A stretch of 64,000 nt of DNA from Eledone cirrhosa (Eukaryota). Where the stretch lies: contig OZ024740.1 in NCBI GenBank assembly GCA_964016885.1, positions 124,000,001 through 124,064,000 of the forward strand, written 5' to 3'. Below, one piece after another: positions 1 to 11,775 of this stretch. Within the stretch, counting starts at the first letter, position 1, and each line of letters begins with the position of its first letter. Both the position numbers and the translations under genes were made by a program. The notes under the pieces were generated by a model that worked only from the letters and a program-made list of their open reading frames with translations, had not been told where the DNA came from and did not search any database.

Positions 1-1494
1 TAATGTAAAGAGCCAGAAAAGATAATGAAAAGGCATTATGTCCAAAATAGCATAGCTTATAAGGGTCTGATACATTTGATTATTTGCTTCTGAGAAAAAA
101 AAATGCCAGTTAAAATTTATCCAGTGCAATTGAGAGTTAACCTTAAACTAGAATAACTAACAATCAGTCCATGATATTGGTGTCTTTAGCAAAATGCTGA
201 TGGTTGTTGGATAATTTAAACATCATTATATTCTTATAAGACAATAATGGTCTTCCATTGAAGATACGACACTTTACATGAAATGTTTTTCTTTGTTTTT
301 TTTTATGTATTGCTATACAATTATCAAACTTTGATAAGAATAAGACTAGCACTGTGAGAAAGCAATCATCCCTTAAACAGAGTGTACAACAATTAAACTG
401 TTGTCTGTATTTTATTTCAAATATAATGATGAAAAGATGTGAATGGATTTAAAACAGAGTCTTACTTAATTCATGAAGAACATTGTCCCATGAATGTCAA
501 ATTAATGAGTGTGATAAAGTTATATCATTTAAGAGTAATGAACATGATATAGCTATATCAGAAAAATGTAATGGGTATAATACAGCTAGATTCCAGATTT
601 AAGTCTAATAAAAAATTATATGGAGAATTATTTCAAAAGGATTATCTGCAAAACCTTTTCTAATGAAGATAAAATTTAGGAAGCATTTAAAAATGGTTGG
701 CAAAATATTTCACCTGAACAGTGCAGGAAGCTAATATATATCATGCCCAAAAGAATTACTTTATTGAAAAAAATCACTTGATGGAGCTTTCTCATATTGA
801 TAAAACTCTACAGATTCACGTTCATATAAAACACTTTGATGTTTCTATTTGTTTCTTTTGTTTAATTTTCTTCAATAAAACAATAAATATTGATCAGGTT
901 TATGTATTTTGTCTGGGAGTGTAGGCATCACATATCAATTAAACATAATGTGTATGATCAATGCAGATCAGTTTAAAATAATGGGTAATAACATTGGATA
1001 AGTTAAAAATAATGAGTGCATGAATACATACTAAATTATGCACTTAAAGAAAATCCCATGATGATTATAACCAATATAAAAATGAATAGCAGTATGCCTA
1101 ATAATGTGACAACATCATAAAAGCAAAATAACTGCTTACTGAAAATAAGAGAATGGATACAAGGATAAAACATTGATTATGATTTTATTAGCCAGTATTG
1201 TGTAAGAATTTGTCTATAACTGATTAAGTCAAACCTATTCATATAGCTTGTATTTATTTTTAAGACTGCAGAACAATGGAAGTTGGATTCACCTCTGGCA
1301 GGATTTCAGTTCTGAACATAGATGGAAGAGGAATAGTGCAATATATTTAGTTGTGGTACCTACTATTTCTTCCATCAGTAGAAACTATTAAAAACAAATT
1401 CATAGCGAATGAAAATATCTTACGTAATATATAAAAAAGATTTAAAAGTAAAATAAGCATGTACAAACGAAATTGTGAGGGGAGGGAAATATAT

Positions 1495-1534
<40 letters not shown>

Positions 1535-1580
1535 GTATATGTATGAATGTATATATATATGTATTATATATATATATATG

Positions 1581-1621
<41 letters not shown>

Positions 1622-2159
1622 TTGTTCAATTATGCCCAGAATTTGAGGATTTTATTTAAACCTTCTCGCTAACTACCTCATAGATTATTTTATAACCTTC
1701 TCGTTCGTTGTCTAAAATAACCTTCTCGTTTGTTTAATTATGGCCGAAATTCTAGGATTTTATAAAATATCCTCCTGCTCCCTCCTATTCTTTACCCCCC
1801 CCCCTATATATCGTATACGCGCCTGCTGGTTCTCTCTCTCAATCCCTTCCTTCTCTCTCCAAATATAAAATAAACCTGTTGCGAGGTACGAAACTCAGAA
1901 TTTGTCAATCCCTTCTTACTGGCTAGACTGCTCGCTCGCCCCTCTGTGAAATGTAATGTACAATGCCATTTTTTTCTCTTCTCTCCATCTTCCCCCGGTC
2001 CATTCATCTATCCATATCATCGTCCAGAATCCAATCTTTGCTTTTTTTCAATGCTATTCTATAATTCTGTCTGATTGTTCAAAATAATCTTGTATTTTAA
2101 AATCCCATAATTCTTCTCTTATTACTTTTATATGCTTGTTCAATTATGCCCAAAATTCG

Positions 2160-5100
2160 AGGATTTTATTTAAACCTTCTTGCTAACTACTCCATACCCA
2201 CTCCCACCATTATTACTTGGACCAATCATAAGTCAGTGGCCTATGCTATCACTTCTTATGTTTAGACCTGGTTGCCTTTCGATATGATGGATGGACTACG
2301 TAATTCTGGAGAGTCTGAAAATTCTGGATACTCAGTGACAATGCCAAAGATAAAGACAATTTCACCTCATGTTGCCAGACGAAAATGCAAGGACTCCTCC
2401 TCTTTATTTCGGCCGCGGATGGCCAACATAACCCCATCTCCCTCACCCCTCCCTGCGCCCCACCGTTCCCACCCACCAAACGCAATCCAAAATTCAGAGT
2501 TGGTACCATGAATGTAGGCACCTTAAAAGGTCGCTCTAATGAGGTTGTAGAAATGCTTGAACGTAAGGAGGTTGATGTTTGCTGTATCCAAGAGACCAGG
2601 TGGAGGGGTGGGTCTGCTAGATTCATTGTGGCTAAAAAATGGACAGATAAGATAATAGACGTAAATAGAGTGAACAACATCATAATTAAAATAAGACTTG
2701 TCCTAAATAGAGCTACTGTGACAATAATATCTGCGTATGCACCCCAATCCGGACTGCCTGGCATTATAAAAAACAGATTCTATGAGTCATTAATGTTCAC
2801 TACCTCCCAAATAACCGACAGTGACTACATAATTATTGCTGGCGATCTAAATGGTCACGTTGGACAACATTGTGATGGCTATGACGGAATCCATGGAGGC
2901 TATGGATTTGGTACTAGAAATGAGGAAGGCTCCAGAATCCTGGAATTCTGTGATGCACATAACCTAAATATCTGTAACACTAACTTCAAAAAACGGAACA
3001 ATCACTTAATCACCTATAGATCAGGGGAACACGCCAGTCAGATAGATTATATCCTTACCAGAAGACGTGATAGAGTGTCTGTTGTAAGCACTAAATCCCT
3101 CCTCCATGAAGAATGCACCTCCCAACATAGACTCATTGTTAGCGACCTCATAGTCAGGACAAGACGTACTCGACAACAGAGGAGGACTATCCCCAGGAGA
3201 AAAATATGGAAGCTAAAGGACTTCACAGCCATAAATAAATTTAAAAGCATATTACTTGATGCTTTTGACAGTAAAGAAGAGCAAATAGAGTCGTACAATA
3301 TAGAGGAACAGTGGGAATTCCTGAAAGCTAACCTGCTGAAGGTGACAGATGAAGTCTGTGGCTGGAGCAGACCTATAGGCAGGAGGAGAGTAACGTGGTG
3401 GTAGAACAGTAAGATGGAGGAGTCAATCAAGGCCAAAAAGCAGGCTTGGAAAGTATGCCGGGATGGGGGAAGTAGAGAAGACTATCAAGTGGCCAGTGGG
3501 GAAGCTAGGAGACAAGTGTACTTCGCAAGAAGTGAAGCATAGGAAAGAAAGTTCAAGCATGTTCTACAATGCGAGGACCAAAAACGTGAGGTGTCCAGGA
3601 TTGCTAGGCAATGTGTCAAGGAAAACTGTGATATTGTCGGGGAGCAGTGTGTCCTTAATGATGATGGTGTACTTGCCATGACTGACGCTGATAAGAAGGT
3701 AGCTTGGAAGTGTCACTACGAAAGGCTACTAAATGAGGAGAATAAATGGGAGAAAGACAGTCTCCCCCCCACATCGATCCAATAGAGGGAGCAGCAGTGC
3801 AAGTTGAAGGTAGTATAATAAGTAAGGCAATAAAGGATATGAAGACGGGCAAGGCGGCTGGGCCTTCGGAAATAGTTGCTGAAATGCTGAAAGCATCTGG
3901 AACGGTGGGACACACTATGGTCACCTGGATAATAAACCAAGTCATACAGAATGGGGATGAACCGAAGGACTGGCGTAGCAGTATCATCATTAACTGCTAC
4001 AGGGTAAAGGAGATGCCCTAGATAGGGGAAACTATAGAGGCATTAAATTAATTGACCAGGTCATGAAGGTTACAGGAAAAGTAATCAGAGAGCGAATTGA
4101 TCTGTATGAAATGGAGTTTGGGTTTGTGTCAGGTAAAAGTACCACAGATGCTCTTTTCATTGTACGACAACTACAGAAGTACCTAGCTAAAAGTAAACCC
4201 CTATACTTAGCTTTTGTTGACTTGGAGAAAGCCTTTGACAGAGACCCACGCCCCATTATCTGGTGGGCTCTCAGAAAACTAGGTGTTGATGAATGGCTTA
4301 TGAGAGCTATACAAGCCTTGTATAAAGAAACAGTCATCAAGGTTAGAATTAACAACGAATATAGTGAAGAGTTTAGCATAAAATTTGGTGTTCATCAGGG
4401 CTCCGTCCTAAGCCCCCTCCTATTTATTATTGCCCTTCAGGCTATAACAGAGGAGATCAAGACCGGCTGCCCATGGGAACTCTTATACGCTGATGATCTA
4501 ACGCTTATAGCTGAATCAATGGCTGAACTAGAGAAGAAATTCCAAACATGGAAGCATGGCCTAGAATGAAAAGGCCTTAAAATTAACCTGTCTAAGACTA
4601 AAGTTCTAGTATGTAGGAAGGAAAATAGGGCACTGGTCCCATCTGGGAAATGGCCATGCTCAGTGTGTAGGAAAGAAGTAGGCAGAAACTCCACTTTATG
4701 TCCCAAATGCAAAGTATGGGTGCATAAAAGATGTAGTGGGATCACAGGTAAGCTAACTAAGAATATAGATTTTATATGTGGCCAGTGCTCTGGTGCAATA
4801 AGTAGCAGCAAGTGCCCAGTGAATACTAGCCCATTTCATTGCACAGATGGTTCTATAGAAATAGTGAACACCTTCCGTTACCTGGGTGACAAAATCAGCA
4901 GTGGTGGAGGGTGCTCTGAAAGTACAGTAGCTAGAGTCAGAACGGGATGGAAAAAGTTCAGAGAGCTTATACCACTATTGGCCGCTAAAGGTTTCTCTCT
5001 AAAAATGAAGGCAGGCTGTATGATGCCTGCATACGAACAGCAATGTTACATGGCAGTGAGACCTGGGCATTGTGTGCAGAGGATATACGCAGACTGGAGA

Positions 5101-5833
5101 GGAATGTAGCTTGCATGCTCCGTTGGATGTGTAATAGTAATATATTCGAACGGCAAAGCATAAATGAACTAAGTGAGAAATTAGGAATAAGAGGGATCAG
5201 ATGCTGTTTACTCGAGAGAACACTACATTGGTACGGTCACGTGATGCGCATGAAAGTCAACAGCTGTATAAAAAAGTGCAGGGCGATCAAAATAGACGGT
5301 AGCCACGGAGTAGGCAGACCCAGAAAAACCTGGGACGACTTGATAAATTCCGACCTCACACACTTACACCTCTTCAAGACAATGTCACTGAACCGTGGCG
5401 CTACGCAGTAATACAGAAGACCCGCCTTGCCTAAGTGCAAAGCGAAACCTACAGTCAGTAGGGACCTCTTACCAAAATACATCCCCGTCCCACTACCCCC
5501 ACCCATCCACACCACTCCCTTTTGATGTAAAGTTATGTTGGTACCACAACTTCCAGTCCTAAATAAATGAGATCGTGTAGGTGTCACGACAAAATAAACA
5601 CACAGTCCACGCTGTAATGTGGCATTGTAAGTAACACAGTAAAAACCTCCTAGTCCACACTGTAAACGTGGTTGATGTTAGGAAGGGCATCCAGCCGTAG
5701 AAAACCTGCCAGACAGTCCTATACGAGCAAGACAACCGATCTTGCCTCAAGTAGGAAAATTCCCGTCCAAACCATGCTAGCGTGGTAGATGGACGTTAAA
5801 CGATGATGATGATGATGATGATGATGATGTTGA
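2160..5833 (+). mobile_element. RTE-clade non-LTR retrotransposon (subfamily A), near full length, decayed; APE endonuclease + RT + PHD-like finger
   Basis: ORF fragments show APE motifs (GTMNV, CIQETRW, SAYAPQ, GDLNGHVG, QIDYIL, SQHRLIV) and RT motifs (FVDLEKAFD, GVHQGSVLSP, LLYADD). Several stops and frameshifts; (GAT)n tail at ~5802-5833; collinear with the copy at 46948-50906. Confidence 0.95.
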
Positions 5834-5949
5834 TATATATATATATATAAATATATATATATTTCACTTCCTTATTTCATTTTTACATGCTTTTATTAAC
5901 TTTGAAATCTTTTTTATGTTAGATAATATATATTACATAATAATAAAAC

Positions 5950-6245
5950 AAATCACTTAGTAGATAGAGCACTGAGTTTGCAAGTATCAACGCGGGTGAT
6001 GTGTTGTGTCCTTGAGCAAGACACTTTATTTTCACATTGCTTCAGTATACTCAGCTGTAGAAATGAGTTGCAACATCACTGGTGCTAAGCTTTATTGGCC
6101 ATTGCCTTTCCCGTTGACAACATCGGTAGTGTGGTGAGGGGAAATCGGTATGCATGTGTGACTTCTGGTCTTCCACAAACAATCTCTCCTGGACTTGTGC
6201 CTCGGAGGGAAGTTTTCCAGGTGTAAGTCCCATGGTCATTCATGT
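5950..6245 (+). mobile_element. SINE with decayed tRNA-like head and CORE-like central domain
   Basis: CCTTGAGCAAGACACTT...CTCAGCTGTAGAAATGAG segment shared with the SINEs at 6710-7057 and 33413-33530; the body downstream differs. Confidence 0.6.
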
Positions 6246-6329
6246 TATTTTCCCTATATATATATATATCATCATCATCATCTTTTTAACATCTGCTTTC
6301 CCTGCTATCAAAGGTTGGATGTGTCTATA

Positions 6330-6668
6330 TAGACAAAGTCAGTTTTGAAATGTGGCAGGGATCTGCATCTTGTTTATGTATGGTCTCATGATCTATCAAC
6401 TGCACTGGGGAGATTGTCATGTCTTTGACTCAACCGAGGGTCCTCCCAACCCACTGTTGGTCGTGTAGGTGACACGAAAAAAAAGCATGCTGCACACACT
6501 GTAAATATGGTTGGCATTAGGAAAGGGACCCAGCTGTAGAAAACGAGCCAAAATCTGCCCAGGGTGAGCTAAACATGGTCCTCTGACCTGATTCCCTCCC
6601 TAAGGGTCAAACCATCCTACCCATATTAGTGTGGAAGATGGATGGTAAACGACAATGATGATGAAGGT
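6330..6668 (+). mobile_element. Decayed RTE-type 3' UTR/tail fragment
   Basis: CACACTGTAAA..GGTTGGCATTAGGAAAGGG..CAGCTGTAGAAA motif and GATGATG tail, as in the RTE 3' UTRs. Confidence 0.7.
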
Positions 6669-6709
6669 ATATATATGTGTATGTGTGTGATATATGTGTA
6701 TATATATAT

Positions 6710-7057
6710 GATCATCATCATCATCATCATTTCATTTTACGTCCGCTTTTCCCTGCTTGCAAGGGTGGGACGGGAACTGATTTTGGCTTGATTTCTACAG
6801 CTGGATGCCCTTCCTAACACCAACCTCATTTACAGTGAGTGCTGGGTGCTTTTTTGCCGTGGCACCTCCACGACCACTTTGCAGTGGAATGATAGGGACC
6901 CCAGTCCCTATCATCTCATTTCTACAGCTGAGTAAACTGGAGCAATGTGAAATAAAGTGTCTTGCTCAAGGAAACAACACATCACCCGGTCTGAGAATTG
7001 AACTCACAACCTTTCGATTGCAAGGCCAATGCTCTAACCACTAAGCCATGTGCCTCC
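6710..7057 (-). mobile_element. Composite tRNA-derived SINE (tRNA head + CORE-like domain + RTE-derived 3' part)
   Basis: Minus strand reads GGAGGCACATGGCTTAGTGGTTAGAGC (box A) ... GAGTTCAATTCTC (box B), then a CORE-like segment, an RTE 3' UTR and a (GAT)n tail. Near-identical copy at 21328-21668. Confidence 0.88.
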
Positions 7058-7119
7058 ATGATATATATATGTATATATATGATACATTTATATATATGGT
7101 ATATGTATATACACACACG

Positions 7120-9000
7120 TGCGGTGTTCCACATTGCAAGGCAGTGTGTCAATGCAAATCAGGATGTTGTTGGAGATAAGTGTGTCAGGGATGATGCCGG
7201 TGTACTTAGTGTCATGAATGATCAGAAAAAGGAGGCCTGGAAATGTCATTATGAGAGACTGATGAATGTGGAGAACAAATGGGAGAGAGAGAAATTACCC
7301 TTGGTAGATCCGACAAAGGGACCAGCTATTGAGATTGACGAATATAGGGCCGAAGAGGCGATTAGGGAAATGAAAAATGGTAAGGCTGCCGGACCATCGG
7401 AAATAGTTGCTGAGATGCTGAAGGCATCAGGGGACGTAGGCACTAAACTGGTTGCACGCATCATCAATCAGGCTATATATGGTGGTGTCATACCCAAAGA
7501 CTGGTGCAGCAGTATTCTCATAAATTGCTACAAAGGTAAAGGGAATGCTCTGGAGAGGAGGAATTATAGGGGTATAAAACTGATAGATCAGGTTATGAAA
7601 GTGGGAGAAAGGATTTTAGCGCAACTAATTAGAGAAAGGGTCAAACTAGATGAGATGCAGTTTGGTTTTGTGCCTGGGAAGAGTACAACAGATGCCCTCT
7701 TCTTGGTAAGACAATTGCAAGAGAGGTTCTTAGTGAAGAATAAGCCACTATACTTAGCCTTTGTTGACCTAGAGAAGGCCTTTGATAGGGTACCCCGATC
7801 TGTCATCTGGTGGTCCCTAAGGAAGCTAGGTGTTGAGGAATGGCTTGTGAGGACAGTGCAAACTTTGTACAGAGGTACTCTCAGTAAAGTCAGGGTAGGA
7901 ATGGAGTTTAGTGAGGAATTCCAGATACAAGTATGAGTACATCAGTGTTCGGTCCTCAGCCCGCTCTTGTTCATTATAGTCCTCCAAGCCATAACAGAGG
8001 AGTTTAAGACTGGCTGTCCATGGGAACTTCTCTATGCTGACGATCTGGTTCGTATAGCAGAATCAGTAGAGGAGCTGGAGAATAAATTCTGGCTATGGAA
8101 ATAGCAGTTGGAAGCAAGAAGACTGAGAGTGAATCTAGCTAAGACAAAAGTGTTGATGAGTAGAAAAGAGGAGAAAACCCTGATTCCGTCAGGGAAATGG
8201 CCATGTTTGATATGCAGAAAAGGAACTGGCATAAATTTTATAAAATGCACACAATGCCGATCCTGGGTACACAAGAGATGTAGCGGGATAGCAGGCAAAC
8301 TAACAGGTAGGGAGAAATATGTATGCAGTAGATGTGCAGGGAAATTAGACAGTAGAAGTCGCATTGATAGACACATTTTTCAAATGCAGGAGGGCGCTAT
8401 AGAAGTGGTGGATAGCTTCCGGTACCTGGGAGATCAGATTAGCATGGGAGGAGGGTGTTCCGAGGCCATAGTATCTAGAATAAGGATGGGTTGGAAGTAG
8501 TTTAGGGAGCTGCTTCCTCTGTTGACGAAGAAGGGCTTCTCCCTGCGTATGAAAGGCCGGTTGTATGATGCCTGTGTGAGGACAGCGATGCTACATGGTA
8601 GTGAGACATGGGCAGCAACTGCAGAGGATATGCGACGGCTGGAGAGAAATGAGGCAAGCATGCTCCGTTGGATGTGCAGTGTAAGTGTGCGTGAACGACC
8701 CAGCATAAATGTGTTGAGAGAGAAACTGTGTCTGAGAGGGATACAGTGTAGTGTATGGGAGAGGAGACTGAAGTGGTATGGACATGTGATGCGCATGGAG
8801 GATGACCGATGGGTGAAGAAGTGCCAGGAAATGCCAGTTGAAGGAAGACGTGGTAGAGGTAGACCACGAAAAACATGGGTGGAGGTGGTGAGAACAGACC
8901 TCAGATCATTGAAGCTCACGGTGGAGATGACGAAGGACCGTGACGAGTGGAGAGATGCTGTGCTGAATAAGACCCGCAAGCAGGGAAAAGCGGACGTAAA

Positions 9001-9037
<37 letters not shown>
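7120..9037 (+). mobile_element. RTE-clade LINE (subfamily B), 5'-truncated
   Basis: RT motifs (NYRGIKL, FVDLEKAFDRVPR, YADD), C4HC3 finger, C-terminal GRPRKTW, very short 3' end followed by (GAT)n. Confidence 0.95.
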
Positions 9038-9038
<1 letters not shown>

Positions 9039-9050
9039 ATATATATATAT

Positions 9051-9665
9051 ACCAAAGTTATATTAAGGATGTCATGTCTGAGAATATCAGAATCATGCGC
9101 CATACCACCTGTGGAATATACTCAAAGATTCACCATCAGTGAATCATAAATGTCAAATCTTGGATCATCGGCAAAGGAGAAGATTTAAACCATTTATGAT
9201 TACACATTCGAAGCAAATGATATAATTATTTCTACTTTAGGCACAAGGCCAGCAATTACCCAGTGCATTACTGGTACTTTATTTTATCGACCCCGTAAGG
9301 ATGAAAGGCAAAGTCAACCTCGGCGGGATTTGAACTCAGATCGTAAAGGGACGTAACTATGCTGGAAAGCACGGCGTCCGACCTTCAACCGATACTGCCA
9401 ATCCACCACCCTTACCAAATGATATAATGCTGTAAAATTATGTGTGGTTTAAAAAACACACATCGCTCCTCCGTCATGCCAGTAGTGTGAATAGGTTTAT
9501 CGACAGCTAGAAATAACAGCCGATTCATTTCAACAAATTAATAAGCTTTACTTATGAACCTAGGAGCCATAGTACCAAAGTTATATTATGGATGTCATGT
9601 CTGAGAATATCAGAATCATGCACCATACCACCTGTGGAATATGCTCAAATATTCCAAGCAGTAAA
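9051..9665. repeat. Terminally redundant ~321-bp unit (~90-bp direct repeat) interrupted by a SINE
   Basis: ACCAAAGTTATATTA...ATTCCA at 9051 and 9574. The 523-bp spacing minus the 202-bp SINE insertion gives 321. Confidence 0.75.
9222..9415 (-). mobile_element. tRNA-derived SINE with Nin/Deu-like domain, 13-bp TSD
   Basis: Box A TGGCAGTATCGG, box B GAGTTCAAATCCC, then TTGCCTTTCATCCTTACGGGGTCGATAAAATAAAGTACC. TSD CAAATGATATAAT at 9214-9226 and 9416-9428. Confidence 0.9.
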
Positions 9666-9719
9666 TCTGAGCATTTATATTAAATCAAAAATATATTTCT
9701 TCAACGATTTAATATATAT

Positions 9720-10240
9720 ATATATGTATGTAGATATAGTGTATTTTGCAATACAATGTATGTTTAATTAAAAGCATTTTGAAGACCTTACGCTACTGTT
9801 TTAGAGTAGTGACAGTCTCACTTACTTTAAATTTTCAGCAAACAGAGGGGGATAAAGCTGACAGAGCTCTGTTTCCTACTATTTGGTACTTATCAAAGCT
9901 AAGTACTCCATCTGTTTGCTGAAAATCATGAATATTTGATTCTTATAGAATTCTAGTAATAAATCAGGAACTGATTATACAGAGCGGTTGCCGGTCAAGC
10001 AGTAATTGAAAATTAGAATTGGTGCTCTGACAAAGCGATATATATATGAATGTATATATAGTGTATTTTGCAATACACTGTATGCTTAATTAAAAGCATT
10101 TAAAGTAAGTGAGACTGTCTCTACTCTAAAACAATAGTGTAAGGTCTTCAAAATTCTTTTAATTAAGCATACAGTGTATTGCAAAATACACTATATATAC
10201 ATTCAAATATATATCGCTATTTCAGAGCACCAATTCTAAT
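9720..10240. mobile_element. Non-autonomous HHR-bearing repeat: 322-nt terminally redundant arm plus inverted partial arm (retrozyme/PLE-like)
   Basis: GTGTATTTTGCAATAC at 9739 and 10061 (period 322). 10098-10240 is an inverted copy that runs across the unit junction. (TA)n on both flanks. Confidence 0.8.
9856..9900 (-). ncRNA. Degenerate type I hammerhead ribozyme
   Basis: Minus strand: AGCT-TTGATAA-GTAC caaata GTAG-GAAAC-AGAGCTCT-GTC-AGCT. Helix III is the palindrome ACAGAGCTCTGT. The core has two changes from CUGAUGA. Enclosed by a perfect 16-bp helix (9831-9846/9911-9926). Confidence 0.7.
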
Positions 10241-10264
10241 ATATATATATATATATATATTATG

Positions 10265-10565
10265 TTGGTACCCCAAAACATCCAGCCCACATTGTAAAGT
10301 GTCATGTAGGAGTCACGATAAAAAGCACCCAGCCCACACTTTAAAGAGGTTGTATAACAGACATGTCAAAAAGCACCCATCACACACTATAAATGTGCTT
10401 GGCATTAGGAAGAGCATCCAGCCATAGAAAACCAGCCAGAAACAGTCCTATATGAGCAAGATATGGTCACCCAACCCAACTTGCCTCTAAATGGGACAAA
10501 TCTTTCTAACCCATGCTAGCATGGAAGATAGACGTTTAACGATGATGATGATGAAGATGATGATA
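10265..10565 (+). mobile_element. RTE-type 3' UTR fragment (similar solo fragments at ~30730-30908, 34840-35040, 36745-36965 minus, 46200-46530)
   Basis: Repeated CCACA-NTGTAAA-GTG units, GGCATTAGGAAGAGCATCCAG motif, (GAT)n tail. Confidence 0.8.
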
Positions 10566-10905
10566 TATGTATATATATATATATCACATTCCTTGTTGTA
10601 TCTTGTTGGCTTGGCTACAGCCAGAGCTTCGATTTTACCAAACTTTCATTTATATATATATATAAAGTGAGAGAGAGAGAGAGATAGGGGGAGAGAAAGA
10701 GATAGATAGGGGAGAGAAAGAGATAGATAAATATATATATAGAGAGTAAGAGATTACTAGATAGATACAAAATTAAGATCAAGGGTATAACATTGATATA
10801 GAGAAGTTACAAAAAAAAATAACAGATTTTTCACTAGCAATGTGGGTATAGCTGAAGATATGTAATGAAAACATTGAGAATTTCACTGAGATTAAAAGAT
10901 GGTAA

Positions 10906-11775
10906 GGAGCTACCACTATTAGCCGCTAAAGGGTTCTCCCTAAAAATGAAAGGCAGGTTGTATGATGCCTGCATACGAACAGCAATGTTGCATGGCAGTG
11001 AGACCTGGGCATTGTGTGCAGAGGATATACGCAGACTAGAGAGAAACGAAGCTTGCATGCTCCGCTGGATGTGTAATAGTAATATACGTGAACGACAAAG
11101 CATAAACGAACTAAGGAAAAAATTAGAAATAAGAGGGATCAGATGTTGTTTACTAGAGAGAAGGCTATGTTGGTATGGTCACGTGATGCGCATGAAGGAC
11201 GATAGCTGTATAACAAAGTGCAGGGCAATAAAGATAGACGGTAGCCACGGAATAGGCAGACCCAGAAAAACCTGGGACGAGCTGATAAACTCTGACCTCA
11301 CACACTTACACCTCACCAAGACAATGTCACTGGACCGAGACCTTTGGCGGTACTCAGTAATAGAGAAGACCCGCCTTACCTAAATACAAAGTAAAACCTA
11401 CTACAGTCAGTAGGCATCTCTAACAAAATACACCCCCGTCCCACCACCCCCACCCCATCCACACCGCCCCCTTCTATGTAAAGTTATGTTGGTGCCACAC
11501 CATCCAGGCCGAAACAAATGAGATCGTGTAGGTGTCACGACAAAAAAACACACAGTCCACGCTGTAATGTGGCCGTGTAGGCAACACGGTAAAAACCTCC
11601 CAGACCCACACTGTAAATGTGGTTGGTGTTAGGAAGGGCATCCAACTGTAGAAAACCTGCCAGACAGTCCTATGCAAGCAAGACAATCACTCTTGCCTCA
11701 AGTGGGAAAACCCCCGTCCAAACCCATGCAAGCGTGGAACACAGACGTTAAACGTTGATGATGATGATGATGATG
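10906..11775 (+). mobile_element. RTE subfamily A, 3' fragment
   Basis: ORF 10865-11383 C-terminus is nearly identical to the 47347-47820 region; same 3' UTR and (GAT)n tail. Confidence 0.95.

Noticed and set aside
1321-1376. Imperfect hairpin GATGGAAGA..TCTTCCATC as a possible pre-miRNA
   Set aside because: Irregular stem, no recognisable mature miRNA; cannot be supported without small-RNA data.
6268-6668. Apparent MITE with (ATC)n/(GAT)n inverted ends (similar at 21328-21735)
   Set aside because: Better explained as independent, oppositely oriented RTE/SINE tail insertions into TA repeats.
7000-7057. tRNA-like sequences with box A and box B
   Set aside because: These are SINE heads: no complete cloverleaf, and they are fused to repeat bodies.
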